Below are positions 19,382 to 28,665 of a DNA stretch of 64,000 nucleotides, piece after piece (position 1 is the first letter of the stretch; each line of letters starts with the position of its first letter). The translations under genes and the position numbers were made by a program. Origin of the DNA: Candidatus Binataceae bacterium. Lineage in GTDB: Bacteria; Desulfobacterota; Binatia; Binatales; Binataceae. Under the pieces are notes generated by a model, which was not told where the DNA came from, made no database searches, and was given only the letters and a program-made list of their open reading frames with translations. The stretch is from contig JASHOJ010000047.1 in NCBI GenBank assembly GCA_030041155.1, forward strand, positions 14,905 through 78,904, written 5' to 3'.

Positions 19382-19393
19382 CGGAAACCTTCG

Positions 19394-20290
19394 ATGCATC
19401 TGCTGATAGGCACGATCCTGCTCAGGCCGTATGTGTTCGTATTCCTGGTGAGCTTCCTGTTCATCGCGATCGTGAACTTCGGCGTTCGCACCACGATCCT
19501 GTTTTCGATTCTCACCTACGGCGTCGCGCTCGGATGCGAATGGTCATCGGTGCATAACGGGTTCCCATTCGGCCTTTATCATTATGTATACGCAACCCGC
19601 GAGCGCGAACTGTGGGCCGCCGGCGTGCCGGTGTTCGATTCTCTGTCGTTCACTTTTCTTGCGTTTGCCAGTTACACCGTCGCGCTGCTCTTGAGCTCGC
19701 CGCTTTATCGCCGCGGATGGGATCTGCGGATTCTGGACACCTGGAAGATTCGCCGTTCGCCGCGCGTGTGGCTGATGGCGGCGCTGTTCATGGTGATGAT
19801 CGACATGGTGGTCGATCCGCTGAGCGTGCGCGGCGAGAAATGGTTTCTCGGCAGGATATTCTGGTACGACCCGGCCGGACCGCACTTTGGAGTTCCGATC
19901 AGCAATTACCTGGGATGGTACTTCGTCGGCGCGATCACGATCGCGATCTTTGTCGCGCTCGATCAGCTCCTGAATCGATCGGCCGCGCGTCCCGCGGGAG
20001 TGGCGGAGCGATTGCCGTCACGCGCGATTCTGGGGCCGCTGCTCTACGCCGGAATAGCGATCTTCGGAATCACGATGCTGTTTTGGATCGGCGCGGCTGA
20101 AATCGCATGGGCCAGCGTCTTCATCTATCTGCCGTTCGCCGCCCTGGTCGCGCATATTCTGACCCGGAGCGGCTCGTATGGTGACGCCGCGGACCGGGAG
20201 CGTCATCTGGCCGACTTTCACTACGAGCGGGATCTTCCGGTGTTTACCTGCGAATCGGGTGAAACCGCCCCGCTGCGGCGCCGGCTATGA
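19394..20290 (+). CDS. polytopic membrane protein, DUF422 / 'carotenoid biosynthesis protein'-like, hopanoid-cluster associated
   Basis: Seven or more predicted TM helices and a conserved GFPFGLYHY segment. No catalytic motif recognised. Confidence 0.5.
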   Translation: MHLLIGTILLRPYVFVFLVSFLFIAIVNFGVRTTILFSILTYGVALGCEWSSVHNGFPFGLYHYVYATRERELWAAGVPVFDSLSFTFLAFASYTVALLLSSPLYRRGWDLRILDTWKIRRSPRVWLMAALFMVMIDMVVDPLSVRGEKWFLGRIFWYDPAGPHFGVPISNYLGWYFVGAITIAIFVALDQLLNRSAARPAGVAERLPSRAILGPLLYAGIAIFGITMLFWIGAAEIAWASVFIYLPFAALVAHILTRSGSYGDAADRERHLADFHYERDLPVFTCESGETAPLRRRL

Positions 20291-21063
20291 CGGCGGCCGG
20301 AAAGCCTGGCGCGCGGAGTTTCTCCGCGCAGGACCACCGCCTCCAGCGCGTCGGCAAGCGTGCGCGTTGCGCGTCCGAGATTTCGCATCATCCGCGGCAA
20401 CCGCAATATGACGCCCGGGTTGCTTGCGATAAATCTGGCCGCGTCGCGTCCGCGAACCTTGCCGTCCGGGCCGGCGATATCTCCGCCAATCACGTCTTCA
20501 TCGACCGCATCCATCACCGCGCGCATCACCGCGAACCTGAGCCCCAGTCTTTCGGCCTCAAGCGCGATCGCGGCGGTTTCCATATCGACCGCAATCGCGC
20601 CGGTCAGCGTTTTTGCGGCCCGCTTCTCGGCTCCGGTGCCGAGAAGCAGGCGCGAGCTGAGGATCGCGCCGGTCGAGTACTCGACCCGCGCGAGCCGCAG
20701 AAAGCGCCCGAGTTCTGCCAGATTCTGATCCGCGATCACCGCGACGTGCCGTACCGTAGCATCGTGGTCGCGGGCGATTATCCGGTCGGCGAGCACCAAA
20801 TCGCCCGCGGCCAGTCCGCTCGACAGAGCACCGGCTACGCCAGTGCCAATCACGATTTCCGGATCCGGAAAAAGATCGAACGCGCGCCGCGCGGCGGCGC
20901 TCGCGCGGTCGAACCCCATTCCAGTCGCGACCGCCGCAATCTGAATGCCGCCAATTTGCGCGCGAAATCCCTTCAAATGCGGATCGCCCAGCGCAAGCGT
21001 CGGCTTTATCCGGCGTCTGAACGCGCCGACTTCCCGAGCGAACGCATAGAAGATCAGGATCAA
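20221..21063 (-). CDS. hpnG: hopanoid-associated phosphorylase HpnG (PNP/MTA-nucleosidase family)
   Basis: PNP_UDP_1 fold: AVATGMG...VIGTGVAGAL...AVDMETAA. The low-complexity C-terminal tail overlaps the convergent membrane-protein gene by 70 nt. Confidence 0.75.
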   Translation of the reverse strand: MILIFYAFAREVGAFRRRIKPTLALGDPHLKGFRAQIGGIQIAAVATGMGFDRASAAARRAFDLFPDPEIVIGTGVAGALSSGLAAGDLVLADRIIARDHDATVRHVAVIADQNLAELGRFLRLARVEYSTGAILSSRLLLGTGAEKRAAKTLTGAIAVDMETAAIALEAERLGLRFAVMRAVMDAVDEDVIGGDIAGPDGKVRGRDAARFIASNPGVILRLPRMMRNLGRATRTLADALEAVVLRGETPRARLSGRRHSRRRSGAVSPDSQVNTGRSRS

Positions 21064-21189
21064 GTCAACTGTCCCGGCGATGCCTCAAAGTCTTGAGCAG
21101 AACCCCGGATACAAGCAAAATTGCGCGGAGATGAAAGTACGTCAAGCTGCTACCGTACTCTTGGATGCTGCTGGACACGGTTACCGTCT

Positions 21190-22095
21190 GTGAAGCAGCT
21201 TATCATCAATGGCGACGATTTCGGGCTGAGTCCTGAAACCAACGCCGGCGTCCTGCGGGCGCATCGGCACGGCGTTCTCACCAGCGCTAGCCTGATGGTC
21301 GCCGAGGCCGCAAGTGAAGATGCGGTGCGCGCCGCGCGCGACATTCCCGAGCTCGATATCGGGCTGCACGTGGTCGTATGCCGCGGGCGCAGCGTGCTTG
21401 CCGCCGACAAGCTTGGCGGCGCGGTCAATCTGTTCGGTCAATTTCCGCAAAATCCGACCATGGCGGGCATGCGATGGTTTTTCAATCGCCGCATTCGCAC
21501 TCATCTTGCCGATGAGTTGCGCGCGCAGGTCGAGCGCCATCTCGAACTGGTCGGCTATCTGCATCATATCGACGGTCATCTGAACTTCCATGTGCATCCG
21601 GTGATGGCCGACATCCTGATTAATCTCGCGGCTGAGTATAAGGTCGCCTGCATCCGCCTTCCGCGCGAAAAAGTTTTCACCACGCTGAAACTCCGGCGCG
21701 ATCACGCGTCGCGCAAGCTGGTGGAGGCCGCCATCTTTCGCGCGCTGTCGCGCCGAACGCGGCGCATGATGCGCGAGCGGGGAATCATTTCGTCCCAATG
21801 GCTCTACGGGCTGCATCAGAGCGGACACTTGAGCGAGCGGTATGTGCTCGGCGTCATCGAGCGCCTGCGCGACGGCACCACCGAGCTGTACTTTCATCCC
21901 GCCGCGGATATCGGCGGCACGCCGCCCGATCCAGGCGCGCAGATCGAGGTCGAGATTCTCACCAGCCCGCGGGTGCGCGCGGCGCTCAAGGCGCGCGGGG
22001 TCCGGCTTACCACCTTTCGCGATCTCGCCCGCGACGGTGCGCCTATCCGTCGCCCGCCGGACCACAGTTTTGCCGGTCAAGTGCTCGATCGCTAA
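21190..22095 (+). CDS. hpnK: hopanoid biosynthesis HpnK (YdjC/ChbG-family deacetylase)
   Basis: LIINGDDFGLSPETNAGVL...DIGLHVVV YdjC motif. GTG start chosen at the conserved N-terminus. Confidence 0.75.
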   Translation: MKQLIINGDDFGLSPETNAGVLRAHRHGVLTSASLMVAEAASEDAVRAARDIPELDIGLHVVVCRGRSVLAADKLGGAVNLFGQFPQNPTMAGMRWFFNRRIRTHLADELRAQVERHLELVGYLHHIDGHLNFHVHPVMADILINLAAEYKVACIRLPREKVFTTLKLRRDHASRKLVEAAIFRALSRRTRRMMRERGIISSQWLYGLHQSGHLSERYVLGVIERLRDGTTELYFHPAADIGGTPPDPGAQIEVEILTSPRVRAALKARGVRLTTFRDLARDGAPIRRPPDHSFAGQVLDR

Positions 22096-22104
22096 CCTCT
22101 GCGC

Positions 22105-22617
22105 ATGAGCACGATCATTGTTCGACCCGCGGCGTTCTCCGACCTGACCGCTATCACCGAGATTTACAACTACTACGTCATCAACACCGCGATCACGTTC
22201 GTTATCGACCCGCTCACGGTTGAAGAGCACGCCCCGTGGTTCCACGCGCATACTGAAGGCGGGCGCTATCAGCTTTTCGTCGCCGAAGATCGCGGTCAGA
22301 TTCTCGGCTTCGCCGGAAGCGGACGCTTTCGCCCCAGAGCCGCGTATGGCACGACAGTCGAGACAAGCATTTACTGCGCCCATCAGAACATCCGCGCGGG
22401 AATCGGAACGATGCTGTATGCGGCGCTGTTCGACGCGATCAAGCGCGAGGACGTTAATCGTATCGTTGCCGGAATCACGCTCCCAAATGACGCTTCGCTC
22501 GCACTGCACAAACATTTTGGCTTCACGCCGGTGGGAACGTTCTCGCAGGTTGGACGCAAGTTCGGCCGCTATTGGGATGTGCTCTGGATGGAGCGTCCTC
22601 GCGCGCTCGGGATGTGA
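22105..22617 (+). CDS. GNAT-family N-acetyltransferase (phosphinothricin-acetyltransferase-like)
   Basis: IRPAAFSDLTAITEIYNYYV N-terminus and the central acetyl-CoA-binding region typical of the PAT/GNAT family. Confidence 0.7.
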   Translation: MSTIIVRPAAFSDLTAITEIYNYYVINTAITFVIDPLTVEEHAPWFHAHTEGGRYQLFVAEDRGQILGFAGSGRFRPRAAYGTTVETSIYCAHQNIRAGIGTMLYAALFDAIKREDVNRIVAGITLPNDASLALHKHFGFTPVGTFSQVGRKFGRYWDVLWMERPRALGM

Positions 22618-22670
22618 ATTCTCTCGCGCGGCTGCGGATATTGACGTACTGTAACGGCGATACGCTGATG

Positions 22671-22695
22671 CTCCGCATCGGACGCGGAGTTTTCC
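22671..22695 (+). terminator. intrinsic terminator after the hpnK-GNAT pair
   Basis: CTCCGC-atcggac-GCGGAG stem followed by TTTTCC. Confidence 0.4.
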
Positions 22696-22714
22696 ATCAA
22701 AAAGGATTATCGCG

Positions 22715-25282
22715 ATGCACGATCAGGAAGGCGCGCCGCAAACTCCCTCTGTGAGCGAATATCGACTGCCAAAAAATGTAACGCCCAACCGCTACGAGCT
22801 TCGGCTGGAGCCGGATCTGAAATCGTTTACCTTCGTCGGATCGGAAACCGTGGAGGTGACGGTCAACCAGCCGACCCGCGAGATCGTGCTGAATTCGCTC
22901 GAGCTCGAAATCAATAGCGCATCCGCCGAGCGCGCCGGAAAATTGCTCAGCGCTGCTGTCGAGATGGAGCCGGCGCGGGAACGTGCTCATCTTCGCTTCG
23001 ATGACGAGCTTGGCGTCGGCGCGTGGGCGCTCAAGATCGTGTTCCGCGGCGTTCTCAATGACAAGCTGCACGGCTTTTATCGCAGCGAATACACCGATTC
23101 CGCCGGAAAATCCCACACAGTCGCGTCCACTCAGTTCGAATCCACCGACGCGCGCCGCGCGTTTCCATGCTGGGACGAGCCGGAGCTCAAAGCGAGCTTC
23201 AGCGTGACTCTGATAATCGATGAAAAGCTCGCGGCGGTCTCCAATGGCGGAATCAAGTCCGAGCGCAAAATAAGCGGCGGGAAAAAAGAGGTCGTCTTCA
23301 CTGAGACGATCCGGATGTCAACTTACCTGGTCGCGTTTATCGTGGGTGAGTTCGAGGCGACCGCGCCGGTCGATGCTGGCACTTCGCTTCGAATCGTGCA
23401 CGTGCCCGGCAAGGCGGAGTTGACCGGATGGGCGCGGCAGATTGGCGTTTTCTCGCTCAAGTATTTCGCCGATTACTACGGAATCAAGTATCCCGGCGAC
23501 AAGCTCGATCTAATCGCAATTCCGGATTTCGCGTCGGGCGCGATGGAAAATCTCGGCGCGATCACGTTTCGCGAAACCGCGCTCCTCGCCGATGAAAAAA
23601 CCGCTTCGCGCGCCGAGCTCGAACGGGTCGCCGACGTCGTCTCCCACGAAAATGCGCACATGTGGTTCGGCGACCTGGTCACGATGCGCTGGTGGAACGG
23701 CATCTGGCTGAACGAGGCGTTCGCGACCTTCATGGAGATGCTCGCGGTCGACGCGTGGAAGCCGGAGTGGAAACGATGGGACAGCTTTTCGGTCTCGCGC
23801 GCCGCGGCGATGGCGGTTGACGGGCTGCGCAGCACCAGGTCGATCGAGTTTCCGGTGTTAAGCCCCGAAGAATGCCGCGCGATGTTCGATATCCTGACCT
23901 ATGAGAAGGGCGCGGCGGTGCTCAGGATGCTCGAGCAGTATCTCTCGCCCGAAATTTTCCGCGACGGTATCCGCCGCTATCTGAAAAAACATCAGTTCGC
24001 CAACACCGAGACCGGCGATCTGTGGGACGCGCTCGAGTCCGCATCGGCCCAGCCGGTGCGCAAGATGATGGACTCGTGGATTTTTCAGCCCGGCTTTCCG
24101 ATCGTCGAGGCCGCGCTCGCATCCGGCGGTTCGTCGCTCAGAATCTCGCAGCGCCGCTTCTATTATCTGAACGAACAATCCGATCAAGTGTGGCACGTCC
24201 CGGTGATGATCCGCGCGCGCGCCGGAGGAAAGGAGGTTGCGCGAAAGGTGCTGCTGACCGATCGCGAGACAGCAATCGATCTCGGCGGCAAGATCGAGTG
24301 GGCGCTTTTGAACGAGGGCGGCCACGGTTTTTATCGCGTGCACTACGCACCGGAGCTTTTGGCCGGACTCACGCGCAATCTCGCGGCGCTCAGGCCGATC
24401 GAGCGCTTCTCGCTGGTCAGCGACACCTGGGCGGCAACGGTCGCGGGGCTTGGACCGCTTGCCGAATTCATCAGGATGGCGCGGCTGTTCACCGGCGAGA
24501 CCGACCTGAACGTCTGGCGCGCACTGCTCGGCGCGTTCAACTATCTCGACATGATCGCGTCAGACTCCGATCGGCCGGTGCTGGCGGCGGCGGTGCGCGA
24601 AATCGCGGGACCGGCGGCAAACCGTCTCGGATGGGAGGCGCGCACCGGCGAAAGCGAGCTCGAGCGGCAGCTCCGCGGAGTAATAATCGCCGCGCTAGGC
24701 ACGGTCGGCGACGATCCGGAGGTTCAGCGCCGCGCCGCCGCGACTTACGCGCAGTTCGAGGATAATCCGGCGCGAGCTGATCGGGATCTTGCACCGGCGC
24801 TGGTCGCGATTCTCGCGCACGCCGGCGACGCGAAGCGCTACGACGAGTTTCTTCGGAAATTCAAATCGGCGCGCACCCCTCAGGAGGAGCAACGCTATCT
24901 TTTTTCGCTGACCGGCTTTCGCGACAGCGCGCTTCTCTCGAAAACGATGGCGATGACGCTGGATGGGCAGGTGCGCACCCAGAACGCGCCCTACCTGATG
25001 CACTCGCTGCTTTTGAACACGACTTCGCGCTACGACGCGTGGGATTTCCTGCGCCGCAACTGGGAAGAGATGGCGAAAAAATATCCCGACAATGCGCTGC
25101 CGCGGATGTGCGAGGCGATTGTCGCGTTGATCGATCGCGAGGATGAGGTGAAAACGTTTTTCACCACCCATCGCGTGCGCCTGGGCGCGAAAATTATCGA
25201 CCAGCACCTTGAACGGCTGCGGGTCGCGGTGGAGTTTCGCGCGCGCGAAGGCGCGTCGCTTTCATCCACGCTCAAGCGGTAG
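22715..25282 (+). CDS. pepN: aminopeptidase N (M1 zinc metallopeptidase)
   Basis: GAMEN motif and HENAHMWFGDLVTMRWWNGIWLNEAFATFME (HExxH-x18-E). Confidence 0.9.
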   Translation: MHDQEGAPQTPSVSEYRLPKNVTPNRYELRLEPDLKSFTFVGSETVEVTVNQPTREIVLNSLELEINSASAERAGKLLSAAVEMEPARERAHLRFDDELGVGAWALKIVFRGVLNDKLHGFYRSEYTDSAGKSHTVASTQFESTDARRAFPCWDEPELKASFSVTLIIDEKLAAVSNGGIKSERKISGGKKEVVFTETIRMSTYLVAFIVGEFEATAPVDAGTSLRIVHVPGKAELTGWARQIGVFSLKYFADYYGIKYPGDKLDLIAIPDFASGAMENLGAITFRETALLADEKTASRAELERVADVVSHENAHMWFGDLVTMRWWNGIWLNEAFATFMEMLAVDAWKPEWKRWDSFSVSRAAAMAVDGLRSTRSIEFPVLSPEECRAMFDILTYEKGAAVLRMLEQYLSPEIFRDGIRRYLKKHQFANTETGDLWDALESASAQPVRKMMDSWIFQPGFPIVEAALASGGSSLRISQRRFYYLNEQSDQVWHVPVMIRARAGGKEVARKVLLTDRETAIDLGGKIEWALLNEGGHGFYRVHYAPELLAGLTRNLAALRPIERFSLVSDTWAATVAGLGPLAEFIRMARLFTGETDLNVWRALLGAFNYLDMIASDSDRPVLAAAVREIAGPAANRLGWEARTGESELERQLRGVIIAALGTVGDDPEVQRRAAATYAQFEDNPARADRDLAPALVAILAHAGDAKRYDEFLRKFKSARTPQEEQRYLFSLTGFRDSALLSKTMAMTLDGQVRTQNAPYLMHSLLLNTTSRYDAWDFLRRNWEEMAKKYPDNALPRMCEAIVALIDREDEVKTFFTTHRVRLGAKIIDQHLERLRVAVEFRAREGASLSSTLKR

Positions 25283-25288
25283 ATGCGC

Positions 25289-26239
25289 TTAGGCCGCCGC
25301 GCGAACCGCGACGGTATTCGGCTTCGAGGCGGCGCGCCTCAGGATCGCGAGATATCCAGGCTGGATTTCCATTCGCGGGCCGTATCCCTTGGCCAGCAGG
25401 ATCCGATGCGCCGCAGGCAGGTTGTAGCACGGCGCCGACATCAGCAGGTGATGCTCGAGGTGGTAGTTGACGAAGTAGGGCGCGATGAACGCGCGCTCGA
25501 TCCAGTTGGCGTGCGTGGTGCGAGTGTTGCGCAGCGGGTCGTCATTGTCCGCCACCATCGAATGTTCCGCGATGCTGCGGATGCGGGTGATAAGCTCGTT
25601 GAACGTCAGCAGCGGCACGACCCACAAAAGCGGATACAGCCACCAGTACCCGGCGATAGCCAGAGCTGCGAACAGGACCGCGTTGGTGATGAAGAATCCG
25701 TGAAAGCGCGTCCATCCTCTGCCGAACTGCGACGCGATCGATTTGCCGGGAGCCGAAAACGCCCGTCTTAGCGCCCCCACGCGCTGCTTGTACGCGGTCT
25801 GTCCGGTTAAATCGCGAATGACTTTGCGCTTGAAGCTCGAACGCGTGATCGGGAACGGAGCGCCGAGCGCGAGGTCGGGATCGTTCGGCTGCTGAGTGAA
25901 GCGGTGATGCAGAATGTGGTAGCTGCGGTACGCGTACATGTCGGACATCAGCGGATCGCCGAGAATCCACGCGCCCACAAAATCATTCAGCTTGAGATTC
26001 TTGAACAGCAGCCCGTGCGCCGCGTCATGCATCAGGATTGCGAGTCCGAGCTGCCGCGCGCCGATAATCATCACCGCCAGCACGAACGTGATCGGATTCG
26101 GCCACCATACGAACAGCGCCATCGCGAGGAAAATCGTTCCCCACGCGTGCAACACCATCCAGGCGCCGCGCAAATCGGACTTGCGCTTCAGATCGAGCAG
26201 CTCATCGGGGGTGAAGATGTTGCTGGCTTTGAATAACAT
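25289..26239 (-). CDS. membrane fatty-acid desaturase-family protein
   Basis: Histidine boxes HDAAHG, HILHHRF and HHLLMSAP. Confidence 0.75.
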   Translation of the reverse strand: MLFKASNIFTPDELLDLKRKSDLRGAWMVLHAWGTIFLAMALFVWWPNPITFVLAVMIIGARQLGLAILMHDAAHGLLFKNLKLNDFVGAWILGDPLMSDMYAYRSYHILHHRFTQQPNDPDLALGAPFPITRSSFKRKVIRDLTGQTAYKQRVGALRRAFSAPGKSIASQFGRGWTRFHGFFITNAVLFAALAIAGYWWLYPLLWVVPLLTFNELITRIRSIAEHSMVADNDDPLRNTRTTHANWIERAFIAPYFVNYHLEHHLLMSAPCYNLPAAHRILLAKGYGPRMEIQPGYLAILRRAASKPNTVAVRAAA

Positions 26240-26306
26240 CGCTTTTGCAATCTCTCGACGCGGCTCGCTACCGCCGCATCGAGAAAGAATGTAACAGAAA
26301 TATGCG

Positions 26307-27131
26307 ATGATTGCAAGAGGCAGTTATAAACTTCCCGATCTTCCGCCCGCCAGAACGGTGGTGTTGGATTTTCTGTCCAACCGTGCTCCGCGCGAAATGT
26401 CGGTGCAGGCGGTGCTCGCGGCCGGATCGATTTTCGGGTTTTCCGAGCAGAACCTGCGGATGGCGCTGGCCCGGCTGGTCGAGCAGGGACTGGCCCGCAG
26501 CACCGGCCGCGGCAAGTACGCGCTGGCGAGCTCGGGCGAGGCGATGCGCAGCGAGGTGCGAAAGTGGCGCACGATTACCGAAGCAACACGGGCGTGGTCG
26601 GGCGCATGGATCGCGATCTACAACGCCGGCGCGGCTCGGAGCGATCGCAGCGCCATTCGCCGCCACGAGGGCGCGATGAATCTGCGCGGGTTTCGCCCGC
26701 TTACGCCCGACCTGTGGCTGCGCCCGGCGAACCTGCGCGAGAGTATCGGCGGCTTGCGCGAACACATGCACGCTCTCGGATTGCATCCCGAGGCTCTGGT
26801 CGGCGCGCTGGACGAGCTGGATGTTGAAACTCAGACCCGAGCCCGGCGGCTGTGGGATGCCGCAGCGCTGCTCGCATCGTATCGCGCGCTTGCACGGGCG
26901 CTTGCGGAAAGCCGGCGAAGCGTCGAGGCGCTGCCGCTCGACAAAGCCGCCGCCGAAACGATGCTTCTGGGCCGCGACGTAATTCGCCACATAAATCTCG
27001 ATCCGTTGCTGCCCGAAGAGATGATGCCGCGGCATCATTTTCGCGCGCTGGTGAGCGCGATGATCGAATACGACGAGATCGGGCGCCGCATCTGGCGCGA
27101 GCTGATGCGCCGGATCGAGAACGGGCGCTGA
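26307..27131 (+). CDS. PaaX-family transcriptional regulator
   Basis: N-terminal winged HTH (LRMALARLVEQGLARSTGRGKYAL) and a PaaX-like C-terminal domain. Divergent from the desaturase. Confidence 0.5.
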   Translation: MIARGSYKLPDLPPARTVVLDFLSNRAPREMSVQAVLAAGSIFGFSEQNLRMALARLVEQGLARSTGRGKYALASSGEAMRSEVRKWRTITEATRAWSGAWIAIYNAGAARSDRSAIRRHEGAMNLRGFRPLTPDLWLRPANLRESIGGLREHMHALGLHPEALVGALDELDVETQTRARRLWDAAALLASYRALARALAESRRSVEALPLDKAAAETMLLGRDVIRHINLDPLLPEEMMPRHHFRALVSAMIEYDEIGRRIWRELMRRIENGR

Positions 27132-27134
27132 ATT

Positions 27135-27551
27135 TTATGCGAGCAGTCCCTTGCCCGGAATGTGGTTGATCTCGAGCCGGATCCCATCCGGATCTTCGAA
27201 CAGGACCGAGTAATATCCAGGCGCCCACGGCCCGACCTCGGGCGGATGGATGATGTTCGCGCCGATCTGCTTCAGAAATTCGTACGCAGCGTCGATATCC
27301 GAATGTTCGCGCGCGCGAAAGCACAGGTGATGCAGCCCGGATCGGCCTTGCGCGAAGCCTTGCCCGCGGTAGGCGGCATCCGCGCGGATTATTCCAACTC
27401 CGGTTCGCGCCCCAATACAGTAAAACTGCGAATCGGTCTTGCGCACAACGAATTTAAGCCCGAGGAATGGCAGCAGCTTCTCGTAAAAAGGCAGGCACGC
27501 CTCGAAGTTGCTGACGGTCAGCATCACATGCGCAGTTCCGTTGATTTCCAT
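27135..27551 (-). CDS. VOC/glyoxalase-bleomycin-resistance family protein
   Basis: Paired beta-alpha-beta-beta-beta modules; the HVMLTVSNFEA and HLCFRA metal-ligand segments. Confidence 0.6.
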   Translation of the reverse strand: MEINGTAHVMLTVSNFEACLPFYEKLLPFLGLKFVVRKTDSQFYCIGARTGVGIIRADAAYRGQGFAQGRSGLHHLCFRAREHSDIDAAYEFLKQIGANIIHPPEVGPWAPGYYSVLFEDPDGIRLEINHIPGKGLLA

Positions 27552-27629
27552 CTCTTGCGCCTTCTCGGTCGGCCAAACTCGCTCGCTGCCAAATTAAAGT
27601 AATACTTTAATTCAGCATGCGCGCGCGCC

Positions 27630-28640
27630 TCAGTGCGCGAGCATCCGGCGGGCGTCGGGCTGTTGATGGCCCAAAATCGGATGCGGCCGGTAAGATTTCT
27701 CGAGCGCCGCGACTTCCTCCGCGCTGAGCTTGATGTCCACCGCGTCTATAGCCTCTTTGAGGTGCTTCAACTTGGTCGCGCCGATAATCGGTGCTGTCAC
27801 ACCAGGCGCCTGGAGGATCCATGCGCACGCGATTTGCGAGGGCGTAACGCCGCGCGCCTTGGCGAGCTTTTCGACCTCGCCAAGCACCTCGAAATCGGTT
27901 TCGGCGAAGTACATATTTTTTGCAAAATCGTCGGATTTCGCGCGCGCGGTGTCGCCGCTCTTCTGAGCGTTTCTATTTCCCGCCAGGAACCCGCGCGCAA
28001 GCGGACTCCACGGAATCAGGCCGACGCCCTCATCGATGCACAACGGATTCATCTCCCGCTCTTCTTCGCGATAGACCAGGTTGTAATGGTTCTGCATCGA
28101 GACGAACCGATGCCATCCGTTGCGCTCCTGCAAGTTGAGCGCTTTCTGGAACTGCCACGCCGCCATCGAGCTTGCGCCGAGGTAGCGCACCTTGCCCGCG
28201 CGCACCAGCGAATCGAGCGCGTCCAGGGTTTCTTCCAGAGGAGTCGAGAAGTCGAAGCGATGAATCTGGTACAGGTCGATGTAGTCCATCTTGAGGCGGC
28301 GCAGCGAAGCGTCGCACGCCTCCAGGATATTTTTGCGCGAAAGGCCGCTGCGATTCGGCTTCGGCGACATCTGGCCGTGAACCTTGGTCGCGAGCACGAT
28401 GTCTTCGCGCTTCATCATCTCGCCGAGCCATCTTCCGGTGATCTCCTCGCTGACCCCGATCGAGTAAACGTTGGCGGTATCGAAAAAGTTGATCCCCAAT
28501 TCGATCGCGGCGGCGAAGTGATCGCGCGCTTCGTCCATCGTGAGCACCCAATCGCGCCATTTTTTGTCGCCATAGCTCATGCATCCCAGGCAGATGCGGG
28601 AGACAGTCAGGCCGGTTCGTCCGAGTTTCGCGTAGTTCAT
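27630..28640 (-). CDS. aldo/keto reductase
   Basis: LGRTGLTVSRICLGCMSYG N-terminus and an IPWSPLARG C-terminal motif. Confidence 0.85.
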   Translation of the reverse strand: MNYAKLGRTGLTVSRICLGCMSYGDKKWRDWVLTMDEARDHFAAAIELGINFFDTANVYSIGVSEEITGRWLGEMMKREDIVLATKVHGQMSPKPNRSGLSRKNILEACDASLRRLKMDYIDLYQIHRFDFSTPLEETLDALDSLVRAGKVRYLGASSMAAWQFQKALNLQERNGWHRFVSMQNHYNLVYREEEREMNPLCIDEGVGLIPWSPLARGFLAGNRNAQKSGDTARAKSDDFAKNMYFAETDFEVLGEVEKLAKARGVTPSQIACAWILQAPGVTAPIIGATKLKHLKEAIDAVDIKLSAEEVAALEKSYRPHPILGHQQPDARRMLAH

Positions 28641-28665
28641 GAGGATCCTCTTTTCGGTTTATCTT

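Noticed and set aside
20287-21096. 269-aa plus-strand ORF
   Set aside because: Antisense to hpnG, whose PNP/nucleosidase motifs are clear.
21181-22515. 444-aa minus-strand ORF
   Set aside because: Antisense to hpnK and the GNAT gene, both of which have clear family motifs. No motifs in the antisense product.
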